Shown here: one piece after another, positions 23,678 to 32,477 of the stretch | How positions within the stretch are numbered: position 1 is the stretch's first letter | Layout of the letters: every line of letters starts with the position of its first letter | Notes under the pieces: model-generated | What the model saw: the letters and a program-made list of their open reading frames with translations, nothing else | Databases searched by the model: none | What the model was told of the DNA's origin: nothing | Assembly: GCA_963826785.1 (NCBI GenBank) | Contig: CAWGYD010000001.1 | Span: 192,001-256,000, forward strand | From: an uncultured delta proteobacterium | GTDB taxonomy: Bacteria; Desulfobacterota; Desulfobacteria; Desulfobacterales; Desulfosalsimonadaceae | Direction of reading: 5' to 3' | DNA length: 64,000 nucleotides | Program-made: the position numbers and the translations under genes

Positions 23678-24490
23678 TTAATGGTGTTGTTCTATTTTTT
23701 TCCGGGTCATGCCGGGATGCTCGTCTTCCAGGTAATTGTCCCCGGCCCGCCGGACCCAGGTGCGGTTGGTCAGATAATATACCTTGGGATTGGTATCGAG
23801 CTTTTCCAGCAGCCTGAACGCATTGGGATGGTCCTTGAGTTTGGCCACCGCATGATCGGGATTGTTCAGATCGCCAAACGTGATGGCATTGGTGGGGCAT
23901 GCCTGGGCGCAGGCGGTCTGGTATTCCGTTTCCCCCACATCCTCGCGCCCCTCGTTATATGCCTTGTCGCGGGCCTGTTGATATCGATGAAAGCAAAAGG
24001 TGCATTTTTCCACAATGCCGCGCATCCGGGCGGAAACATTTGGAGAAAGCGATTTTTCAAGGTCGGCCGGCCATACCGAATCCCACCAGTTGAATTTCCG
24101 GGCGTGATAGGGACAGGCGGCCATGCAGTACCGGCAGCCGAAGCAGCGGGTGTAGATCTGACTGACGATGCCGGTGCTGTAATCATAGTCGGTGGCGGTC
24201 GCCGGGCAGACGGATACGCACGGAGAATGACCGGCCTTGTGCTGGCCGTCGCACTGCATGCAGGGCATGGGCAGATAAGCGATCTGGGTGTCGGGAAAGG
24301 GCTTTCCGTTGGAGATTTTAAAAACCCGGATCCAGTTGATGCTGTCGAGTTTGTTGGTCTCGTTCTTTTTGAAGGGGATGTTGTTTTCCTGGTAACACCC
24401 CACCATGCACGCGCCGCAGCCGGTGCATTTGTCGAGATCGATCACCATCCCGTAACGCTTGGTTTTTGTGTGTGTGTATTGATTTTTCAT
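23678..24490 (-). CDS. qrcC: menaquinone reductase iron-sulfur subunit (NrfC/DmsB family)
   Basis: Four Cys groups: CTGCGACMVGC, CMQC..CVSVCP, CFGCRYCMAACP, CTFC..CAQACP. Confidence 0.9.
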   Translation of the reverse strand: MKNQYTHTKTKRYGMVIDLDKCTGCGACMVGCYQENNIPFKKNETNKLDSINWIRVFKISNGKPFPDTQIAYLPMPCMQCDGQHKAGHSPCVSVCPATATDYDYSTGIVSQIYTRCFGCRYCMAACPYHARKFNWWDSVWPADLEKSLSPNVSARMRGIVEKCTFCFHRYQQARDKAYNEGREDVGETEYQTACAQACPTNAITFGDLNNPDHAVAKLKDHPNAFRLLEKLDTNPKVYYLTNRTWVRRAGDNYLEDEHPGMTRKKIEQHH

Positions 24491-24553
24491 GAAGGCCTCA
24501 TATTATTTGAAGTCGTCCCAAAACTTTAAATCCCTGCAGGGGTCAGGATGGGA

Positions 24554-26833
24554 TCATGCTTTGCCGAGTCTGGCGCGGATGCCCCAGGCCATGTCCAGAC
24601 CCGTGGACGGGTCATCAATGGGCCGGATCAGGGAATTGAAATTGATTCCCTTTCCGGCCAGATATTCGCTGTAGGCGGTGTGGCCGAGCCCCCTGGGGAG
24701 CGCCAGCAGGCCGGGCATGATCCCGTCGAAGAAATGCACGTACACCTCGGCTTTTCCACACACCGTTTCCAGGATCGCGGCATCCCCTTCTTTCAGCCCC
24801 AGTTTCCGGGCGGTCTCCGGGTTGATTTCCACAAACCCCGTATCCTTTTTCAGCACCGTATCGTCTAAAGTCTTGGTCATGAAGGGCGCACTGCCCACGG
24901 TTTCAGCCAGGCGCATGGAATCATAGGGGATCAGTACCACCGGGAACTGTTGCGCGCCGCCTTCCAGGGGCACCGGAGAATAATAGGGCAGGGCGTCTTC
25001 ATCTTTTCCGGACGGGTTGTTCCGGGTGGTGGGATAAAACTCGAATTTTCCGGAGGCCGTACCGAAGGACAGCGCCAGGGGTTCGGGTTTGTTGTCGGCA
25101 ACGACGACATACCCTTTCCGGTTGAGTTTTTTCCAGTCCTTCTTGAATGTTTCCTTGAGGAACTTCTCATAATTCCTCCAGGGAAAGGCATCGGCTACGA
25201 ACCCGCCCTGGGCTTTGGCCAGGGCGATAAAGGTGTCTGCCACATGCTGGGTGTCGTACAGGGGGCGAACGACCGGTTTGGAAAGCCCGATCAGTTGATA
25301 AGGCAGTCCGGCCGGCGTGGGCAGATCCTGAAAACGTTCCAGATACACATGGTTCGGCAGGATATAATCGGAATAGGCCGCGGTTTCATCCATGTAGGGC
25401 GAAAAGCTCACGATAAAGGGGATCTTGTCGAACGCCTGTTTCGTGGCGGCAGTGTCGGGAATGGCGTAGAGCGGATTTCCGCCCGCCACCAGCAGGGCCT
25501 GAACCGGGGATTCCCCCTTGGCCGCATTGATGATGCCCGGAAAACGATGCAGCAGAAACCGGGTGTTGGGGAACCGGTCCGTGCCGGCCTGATCGATGCG
25601 GGGCTGCTGCATGCCCTTGGCGGCGGTTTCGTCGATTTTGGCTTCGGGCCAGTCTGCATATTCGATTTCATCGACGACGGTAATCCCGCCTTTCTTGTTG
25701 ATATTTCCCACCAGGGCATTCAGGGAATGAATGGCCAGGCATTCGTCCATGCTGCCCGGTAGCGCCCCCTTTCCTCTGCCGAAAATGGCCAGCGGTTTTT
25801 CGGCACCGGCAAATTCACGGGCCAGGGAGATGATGGTCTTGGCCGGCACACCGGTAATCTCGGCAACTTTGTCCGGGGAGAAGGATTCGAGCACCATGGT
25901 TTTGAATCCCTTGTGCACGGCGCCCTGGGCATCGCCCCAGTCTTCGAAGCCAAAGGAAAAGTTGTCAACAAAATCGGCGTTGTATAATTTCTGACGGACG
26001 ATGACGTGAGCCATCCCCAAAGCCAGCGCGCCTTCAGTGCCGGCTTTGACGGGCACCCATCGGGACGCCCGGGTCCCGGTTTCAGAGAGGCGGGGTTCGA
26101 CCTGAACGATCGTCTTTTCTTTATGACCATCGGCCGACAGCCGGAACATGCGCAGCATCGCGCCGCCGCCTTCCAGGATGCCGTTTCCGAAGCTGATGAC
26201 ATAATCCGCATTTTCAAAATCAATACCGATGGTTCCCTGCTGTCCCTGGGTCAGGTAGGCGGCCTGTTCCAGCGTATCGAAGACGGATGCCGAACGGATG
26301 AAATTGGGTGATCCGTAAGCGGTCATGAACCGCCCGATCAGGTTGGGCACGGTCCCCCGGTCCGAATCGGTGATGCAGGCGACGGTCTGGGGTTTTCCGG
26401 CCTTCCGGAGTTCGGTGAGCCTGTCCGATACGGCGGCAACGGCCTCCTTCCAGGAAATTTCCTGCCACTGGCCTTCTCCGCGCTTTCCCACCCGCTTCAT
26501 GGGGGTTCTCACCCTCGCCGGTCCATAGAGGTACTGCAGCCCGGAAAGTCCCAAAGGGCAGAGGCCGCCCTGATTGATGGGGTGATCTTCCTGCCCGTCG
26601 ATTTTCACGGCCCGGTCGGCGACTTTGCGCACGCTGATGCCGCAGCCGCCGGGGCAGAGGGTGCAGGCGGACGTCACATAGCTACTGGGCCCCTTGTCCG
26701 GGTCCGGCACCCAGGACCAGTTCTGGGTCCAGATGGCCGCATCGTCCATCAGCTTCCAGGGAACCGGCGACAGGGTGCTGCCGACGGCGCCCCCGATAAC
26801 CAGTGATATAAAGCATCTTCGATCAATTTTCAT
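24554..26833 (-). CDS. qrcB: menaquinone reductase molybdopterin-oxidoreductase-like subunit, Tat-exported
   Basis: Twin-Arg signal IDRRCFISL; CTLCPGGC..GLCPLG; DETAAYSDYILP; VEINPETA. Confidence 0.88.
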   Translation of the reverse strand: MKIDRRCFISLVIGGAVGSTLSPVPWKLMDDAAIWTQNWSWVPDPDKGPSSYVTSACTLCPGGCGISVRKVADRAVKIDGQEDHPINQGGLCPLGLSGLQYLYGPARVRTPMKRVGKRGEGQWQEISWKEAVAAVSDRLTELRKAGKPQTVACITDSDRGTVPNLIGRFMTAYGSPNFIRSASVFDTLEQAAYLTQGQQGTIGIDFENADYVISFGNGILEGGGAMLRMFRLSADGHKEKTIVQVEPRLSETGTRASRWVPVKAGTEGALALGMAHVIVRQKLYNADFVDNFSFGFEDWGDAQGAVHKGFKTMVLESFSPDKVAEITGVPAKTIISLAREFAGAEKPLAIFGRGKGALPGSMDECLAIHSLNALVGNINKKGGITVVDEIEYADWPEAKIDETAAKGMQQPRIDQAGTDRFPNTRFLLHRFPGIINAAKGESPVQALLVAGGNPLYAIPDTAATKQAFDKIPFIVSFSPYMDETAAYSDYILPNHVYLERFQDLPTPAGLPYQLIGLSKPVVRPLYDTQHVADTFIALAKAQGGFVADAFPWRNYEKFLKETFKKDWKKLNRKGYVVVADNKPEPLALSFGTASGKFEFYPTTRNNPSGKDEDALPYYSPVPLEGGAQQFPVVLIPYDSMRLAETVGSAPFMTKTLDDTVLKKDTGFVEINPETARKLGLKEGDAAILETVCGKAEVYVHFFDGIMPGLLALPRGLGHTAYSEYLAGKGINFNSLIRPIDDPSTGLDMAWGIRARLGKA

Positions 26834-26941
26834 GAATTCATCCTTATGATATGAATTTGATGAAATTTCAAAAAATTCAAATTAACACAACTGCGCCCAT
26901 GGGCTGGAGCACCGCCCTTTTTAAGCTTCGGGACCAGCCGG

Positions 26942-27625
26942 TTACTTATGGCACTGGAAGCAGTATCCCTTATAACCGATCTGTTCCGTATGGCACTTGG
27001 CGCAGTCGTTCATTTTCATGGTCCTGCCGTGCTCGGATTCTCCCCCCAGCCGGGCGATATTCTCCCCCCAGATGTCCCGGCTGTATCCGGTAATCCGGTT
27101 TTCCTGGTATGGACGGGTGCTTTCGGACGAACCGGTGTTGCCGTGGCAGGTTTCACATTTCATTTCAGCGCCCTTCACGTGGGCGGCATGGGAGAAAAAC
27201 ACGCAGGCCGGCTGATCGGCATAGCTGTACCAGGGGACTTCCTTGCCCTGCAGCACGTATTCGTTGACGAATTTTTCCTCCTCGGGATCGGCTCCCTGAA
27301 CATCCTGGTGACAGTCTGCACAGCTTGCCAGGGTGGGGATGCCGGAAAAGCTGCCGTCTTCCCGGAAAAAATGGCAGGAGTTGCAGCCGTCATAGACCAC
27401 CCCCATATGCAGCGCGTGGTTGAAGTTAATGGGCTGCGTCTTGGTGGAATAGAGCAGGTCGGGAAACAGAAACCAGCTCCCCAGGAGGCTGCCCACCAGC
27501 CCAACGGCGAAAAACAGGAGTAATGTCCATCCCGAAGACTGCCCTTCCGGTTTCGGGGGCGCCCCGGTGCCGCCGGGGTGATCCGGCATATGTTCAGCGG
27601 GTTCGGTATGATTCTGGTTGGTCAT
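26942..27625 (-). CDS. qrcA: membrane-anchored multiheme cytochrome c (5 CxxCH)
   Basis: N-terminal TM; CNSCH, CADCH, CETCH, CAKCH, CFQCH; NRITGYSRDIWG. Confidence 0.9.
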   Translation of the reverse strand: MTNQNHTEPAEHMPDHPGGTGAPPKPEGQSSGWTLLLFFAVGLVGSLLGSWFLFPDLLYSTKTQPINFNHALHMGVVYDGCNSCHFFREDGSFSGIPTLASCADCHQDVQGADPEEEKFVNEYVLQGKEVPWYSYADQPACVFFSHAAHVKGAEMKCETCHGNTGSSESTRPYQENRITGYSRDIWGENIARLGGESEHGRTMKMNDCAKCHTEQIGYKGYCFQCHK

Positions 27626-27883
27626 GGAAACTCCGTCAAATCTGTCTGATGGTTCAGGTTGATATATTCATCCGGCGTGTCAGCTGCGGATTGTGATGGC
27701 TCCCGATCCTTTTGGTGAATGATTTTGAAAACCATTTGCAACTCATTGATATGCTTTAGCTTAAAGCAAATGAGAATGCCCCGGTACCCGTTTCGGATAA
27801 GCGGTCAAACACCCATTCAAGAAGATGGAAATAAGAGGAATTCGATATCGATTTTTGTCTAATTTGTCAATGAAAATTGTAAA

Positions 27884-28714
27884 TTACTGGTAGCTGTGAA
27901 GGCCCGGCAGAAGGTTGACACCAAAATAGGTGAAAATTACGGCGGCAAAGCCGATGACGGACAGCAGGGCGATCTTTTTCCCCTTCCATCCCCGCATCAG
28001 CCGGGCATGAAGCAGGCTGGCGTATACCAGCCAGGTAATCAGAGACCAGGTTTCCTTGGGATCCCATCCCCAGTATCGCCCCCAGGCCTGGTTCGCCCAG
28101 ACGGCGCCGGTAATGATGCCGATGGATAGAAACAGGAATCCGAACATGACCATCTGATAGGTGAGATCGTCGAGCACATCGAAGTCCGGGATGCGTGACT
28201 TCAAGCCCTCGCCATTGCCGTTCGATGTCGATTTGATCAGATACAGCAGGCTGATGCAGAAGGCGATGGCAAAGGCGGAATACCCGACGAAACAGGACAT
28301 CACGTGGGCGATGAGCCAGTTGCTCTGCAGGGCCGGAATGAGCGGCTCGATGCCGGAATGTATCCTCGGCAGAGATGCATATGCCATGGCCAGAAACGGA
28401 ATCAGGGAACCGAACACCCCGATGACGCGGATCTTGTATTTAAATTCCACAAACAGGTAGACGATCGCGATGGTCATGGCAAAAAAGACCAGGGATTCAT
28501 ACAGATTGGAAAGGGGCGCATGCCCGTATCCCATCTGATACGACTCATACCACCTCAGCATGATGCCGGTCAGATTGCCGATGGCGGCACTCGCCAGAAC
28601 GAATGTGCCGGCTTTTGCGGCCGCCGGCTTCTTGAACACCCAGGCCGATATGTACAGCAGCACGGCAAAGCCGTAGATAAACGTGACTATGGAAAAAACT
28701 TGAGAATTTATCAT
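27884..28714 (-). CDS. ccsB: System II cytochrome c synthase, WWD subunit (ResC/CcsA-type; also labelled CcsB)
   Basis: PLSNLYESL, PALQSNWLIAH, WANQAWGRYWGWDPKETW, GLHSY. Confidence 0.95.
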   Translation of the reverse strand: MINSQVFSIVTFIYGFAVLLYISAWVFKKPAAAKAGTFVLASAAIGNLTGIMLRWYESYQMGYGHAPLSNLYESLVFFAMTIAIVYLFVEFKYKIRVIGVFGSLIPFLAMAYASLPRIHSGIEPLIPALQSNWLIAHVMSCFVGYSAFAIAFCISLLYLIKSTSNGNGEGLKSRIPDFDVLDDLTYQMVMFGFLFLSIGIITGAVWANQAWGRYWGWDPKETWSLITWLVYASLLHARLMRGWKGKKIALLSVIGFAAVIFTYFGVNLLPGLHSYQ

Positions 28715-28723
28715 TTGAACCCT

Positions 28724-30097
28724 CTATTGAAGAAGTTTTAGACCGCGGATACGTCTTGCCAGGTGACGGGTGGCTGCGGGCATGCCGGGCCGGTTCTTGC
28801 CCGGGATGCCGGAAACCATGATCACGGTTTGGCCCTTTCCGGCTTTGAGCTCCACGCAGAATTTCTTGTGAAACATGAAAAACGTGACCCAGCAGCCGAT
28901 GATCATCAGGGCAAACCCGGCATACACCACCGGAACCCCGGGGTCTTTGGTGACCTGAAGACCGGTGTAATAATTGAACTGGGCATCGGAAATGGAAATG
29001 ATGAACTCCCCGCCGCGCATGGCATCGAACCGGGGATAATCCAGGGTCAGCAGGATCGGCTTGGGATTGCCTTGAACAGGGATCAGCCGGGCCATGAATA
29101 CGTTTTGCAGGCTGATTCCCCGAAACGAGAAGGAATTCTGGAATCCTTCCACCACGAGAGCCCCCTTGTTTTGCGGCAGGGGAATGGGCTCATTAAGCGT
29201 GCCCTTCTCCTTGTATTCCATGCCGGACGCCGCATCCGTGAAATTAACGGTAAAGGCATCGCCGGGCTCCTGCCCGTAGCTGGACTGGTAGAAACTGATC
29301 CCTTCATACCGCAGGGGATCGTTCACCTCGATATCCTTTTGCAGAACCGCCTTGTCATTTTTGAGGACGGTGAGCCGGGAGCGGTATTCCTTGGGCATTC
29401 CCGAATCATATTTGGTCATCTCGAACTCGTCGCATCGAACCGCAAAATCAAGGTCCTTGACGCCGCCCCCTTCCAGTGCGACGCTGTTGATGCTCTGGCC
29501 CTGGGGGATCTGGACGTATCCGTCGAAACCGAAAAAAGAGCCCAGCAATCCGCCGATGACCAGCAGCAGGATGGAAGAATGGACGGCATAAACCCCCAGG
29601 CGCGTCCAGCGGCTTTTTTCGGCAAAGATGGCCGCCCCGGTTTCCGTATCCTCCGTCTTGCAATGTGCATAATGCCGGCACATATAATCGCTGATGGTTT
29701 TTTTGACGTCACCCAGTGGCCGGGCGACCTGCCATTCCTGCAGGCCCTGGGCCTTGCGGAACCGGTTGAGGTCGTATTTGGCGGATTTGGGGAAGATGAT
29801 TTTCCAGGTGGAGGAGAGGCGGTCGATGGAGCAGACAATGATATTGGCGCTCAGTAGAAACAGCAGCAGCTTGAACCACCAGGAATGGTACATATTGAAA
29901 AGATCCAGCGCATTGAAAATGGTATACAGGACTTTTCCATATGCTTCTTCATACATGTGCAGGTGCTGGTTCTGGGGGATCAGGGTCCCGATGATGGACG
30001 TGGCCGCCAGCGACAGCAGGATCACCACGGAAAGCTTGATGGAGGCAAAAAGCCGCCACCATCTACCCGCGAGGGTGGATTTTGAATTTTTTTTCAT
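28724..30097 (-). CDS. resB: System II cytochrome c biogenesis protein ResB
   Basis: SIIGTLIPQ, YHSWWF, VNDPLRYEG, YTGLQVTKDPG. Confidence 0.93.
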   Translation of the reverse strand: MKKNSKSTLAGRWWRLFASIKLSVVILLSLAATSIIGTLIPQNQHLHMYEEAYGKVLYTIFNALDLFNMYHSWWFKLLLFLLSANIIVCSIDRLSSTWKIIFPKSAKYDLNRFRKAQGLQEWQVARPLGDVKKTISDYMCRHYAHCKTEDTETGAAIFAEKSRWTRLGVYAVHSSILLLVIGGLLGSFFGFDGYVQIPQGQSINSVALEGGGVKDLDFAVRCDEFEMTKYDSGMPKEYRSRLTVLKNDKAVLQKDIEVNDPLRYEGISFYQSSYGQEPGDAFTVNFTDAASGMEYKEKGTLNEPIPLPQNKGALVVEGFQNSFSFRGISLQNVFMARLIPVQGNPKPILLTLDYPRFDAMRGGEFIISISDAQFNYYTGLQVTKDPGVPVVYAGFALMIIGCWVTFFMFHKKFCVELKAGKGQTVIMVSGIPGKNRPGMPAATRHLARRIRGLKLLQ

Positions 30098-30581
30098 ATA
30101 TTCAACCTGTTATCATTAAAATTAACTAAATAGGCCCATTCTATATCAGAATATCCGTCCCCTGGCAAACACAAAGGCGGGCAAGGCTTTGATAAACATG
30201 TAATTATCGAAAACAGCCGCGGTTTTCTGCAAAATGATTATCAGCAGGAGAAGACGCGTGCCGTCTAAAAGCCCCCGCCCCGCATGCTCTGCCCGGAACA
30301 GGCCATGCCAAACTGAATATGTATTTGTAATTCGCTATGATAAAACCGTATGGAACTGATGAAGATGGCCGATTACAGTCTTTACATTAATGTGGACTTA
30401 TAATAATGGTATCGCTGACGGGTGCCGCTGCGGACCCGCCTGCAAAAAGTTTTCTTTCCAGCTTGCATTACAACCGATGCCGGGCGTTGAAGGGGACTTT
30501 ACCGGGCGGGATTTGAATGCAAAATGCAATGATTCGTATATTTCAAAGATACACAAAATAAGTATAAAAAGGAGGAATACA

Positions 30582-31202
30582 ATGATCCGCAACCCTTTTT
30601 CCCCATGGGTGATGTTCTGTATGGCAATGGCCGCCATCGTTATCATGGCGGGATGTACGGCGACCACCCGGGAGATCTCCGTGGATGAAGTCCAGCCTTA
30701 TGATGAGACCTATGATGTCTCCGCCAAGAAGAAGATCGTGGATGAACTGGTGACCTCGCTGACCAACAAATCCCCGCTGGCGGCCCGCAACGACCGTCCG
30801 GTGGTGGTGATTTACAACGTGGCCAACAAGACCTCGGAGCATATCAGCACCGATGGGATCACCGACGATATCCGCCAGGAGGTGCTGCAGTCCGGAAAAG
30901 CGCGTTTCGTGGGCAAGACCCAGCGGGAGAGCATTGAAAAGGAAACCTCCTACCAGTACGGCGGCAATGTTTCACCGGAAACCCGGATTGCCCGGGCCCG
31001 GCAGGTGGGCGCCGAATACATGCTGACCGGCACCCTGCGCGACATCCGCAAAAAAGAGCCCAAGCAGGTCCGGCTGAAACGCAAAGTGCTGCAGTATTAC
31101 AGCCTGACCCTGGAGCTGACCAACCTGGAAACCGGTCTCATCGACTGGGCCGACAGCGTGGAGATCGTCCGGGAATCCTCCCAGCCGTTTATCGGGTGGT
31201 AG
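30582..31202 (+). CDS. LpoB/YcfM-like outer-membrane lipoprotein
   Basis: Start at ATG 30582 behind AAGGAGG; lipobox IMAG-C; NKTSEHI, GAEYMLTG, LTNLETGLIDW. Confidence 0.75.
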   Translation: MIRNPFSPWVMFCMAMAAIVIMAGCTATTREISVDEVQPYDETYDVSAKKKIVDELVTSLTNKSPLAARNDRPVVVIYNVANKTSEHISTDGITDDIRQEVLQSGKARFVGKTQRESIEKETSYQYGGNVSPETRIARARQVGAEYMLTGTLRDIRKKEPKQVRLKRKVLQYYSLTLELTNLETGLIDWADSVEIVRESSQPFIGW

Positions 31203-31218
31203 CCCTTCGTTACATCAA

Positions 31219-32463
31219 ATGACCAGTTCTATATCGGCAAAAATGCGGCAGGGTCTGGCATGGATGCTGCTGTTCAGCTTTTTTTTCGCTGCCGGATGCG
31301 CCACGTCCCTGCAGAACGCCCGCCGGGATTTTTACAGCGGGAACGTGGATCAGGCCGCCGAAGCGCTTCCCGATCCGGGATCGGTCTCCAGCCGGGACCA
31401 GCTCCTGTATTACATGGAAAAAGGACTGATCCTGTACCAGGCCGGACGCTACGAAGAAAGTGTCAAGATTCTGCTGCAGGCCGTGACGCTGATGCGGGAT
31501 CTGGACTACATCAGCGCCAGCGAGCAGGCGGGGTCGCTGGTCACTTCGGAGCGGATCACCCGGTACCGGGGGGAATACGCGGAGCGGCTGTGGGTCCACA
31601 CCTATTTGATGATGGACTATCTGCTCATGGGGGATCCCGAAAATGCGCTGGTGGAGGGAAAACAGGCCCTGGAGGTGTTCAACCGGTATCCGGAAGCCCT
31701 CAACCGCGCTTATTTCACCCGGGCCCTGATCGCCCACTGCTATGAAACCATGGGCGACTTCAATGACGCTTATATCGAATATGTGAAACTGGCGGAAATG
31801 CTGCCCGATCCTTCTCCGGTGGCTCAAAAGGTCTACACCCTGGGCCGGCGGCTGGGATTTACGGAAGAAATCGCACCTTATCAAAAATATGTGACGGCCC
31901 CCGATGCGGACGCTGTAGAAGAACCCGCGGGCGAACTGATCATCTTCGTGGGGCAGGGCCGGTCCCCGGAGAAGATCCCGCACAACATCCTGCTGCCGCC
32001 ATCCATCCGGTTTTCCTTTGTCACCTACCAGAACCGGTCTTCCTCGTTTACCCCCCCGGTGGTCATGAAGCCGTTTCAACCCGAGGGCACTTCCCTGGTG
32101 ACCACCGACATGGGGGCGGTCCTGTCGGAATCGCTGCACCAGCGGCTGCTCAAGATCATCGCCAAGGAAACCGCCCGGGTTGCCGCCAAAGAAGCCATTT
32201 CCCGGCAGATAGACGACCCGCTGGTGGAAGCGATCGTGCGCATCTCGTTTTTGCTGATGGAGGAGCCGGACACCCGCGGGTGGGAGACGCTTCCGGCCTA
32301 TTTGAGCATGGTCCGGATACCCCTGCGCCCGGGAAGACAGCGGGTGACCATCGCCAATTTCGACAACACCGTCGAGATCCCGGAAATCGATGTCCGTCCG
32401 GGCGGCCGCTATTACTATTATTTTTCCGTCCGGGACGGGTATCCGTCTCCGGTGGTTCCATAG
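31219..32463 (+). CDS. COG3014-like TPR-containing lipoprotein
   Basis: Lipobox FAAG-C; LLYYMEKGL, YRGEYAE, EPDTRGWETLP; typical neighbour of LpoB-like genes. Confidence 0.7.
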   Translation: MTSSISAKMRQGLAWMLLFSFFFAAGCATSLQNARRDFYSGNVDQAAEALPDPGSVSSRDQLLYYMEKGLILYQAGRYEESVKILLQAVTLMRDLDYISASEQAGSLVTSERITRYRGEYAERLWVHTYLMMDYLLMGDPENALVEGKQALEVFNRYPEALNRAYFTRALIAHCYETMGDFNDAYIEYVKLAEMLPDPSPVAQKVYTLGRRLGFTEEIAPYQKYVTAPDADAVEEPAGELIIFVGQGRSPEKIPHNILLPPSIRFSFVTYQNRSSSFTPPVVMKPFQPEGTSLVTTDMGAVLSESLHQRLLKIIAKETARVAAKEAISRQIDDPLVEAIVRISFLLMEEPDTRGWETLPAYLSMVRIPLRPGRQRVTIANFDNTVEIPEIDVRPGGRYYYYFSVRDGYPSPVVP

Positions 32464-32477
32464 GAGGGTGTGATTTC

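Noticed and set aside
27710..27732. Rex box upstream of qrcA (TGGTGAATGATTTTGAAA)
   Set aside because: Right half-site matches TTCACAA at only 4 of 7 positions
30160..30270. c-di-GMP-I riboswitch suggested by GGCAAAC
   Set aside because: Lacks the GAAA-capped stem and GACGCAAAGC core in the correct arrangement
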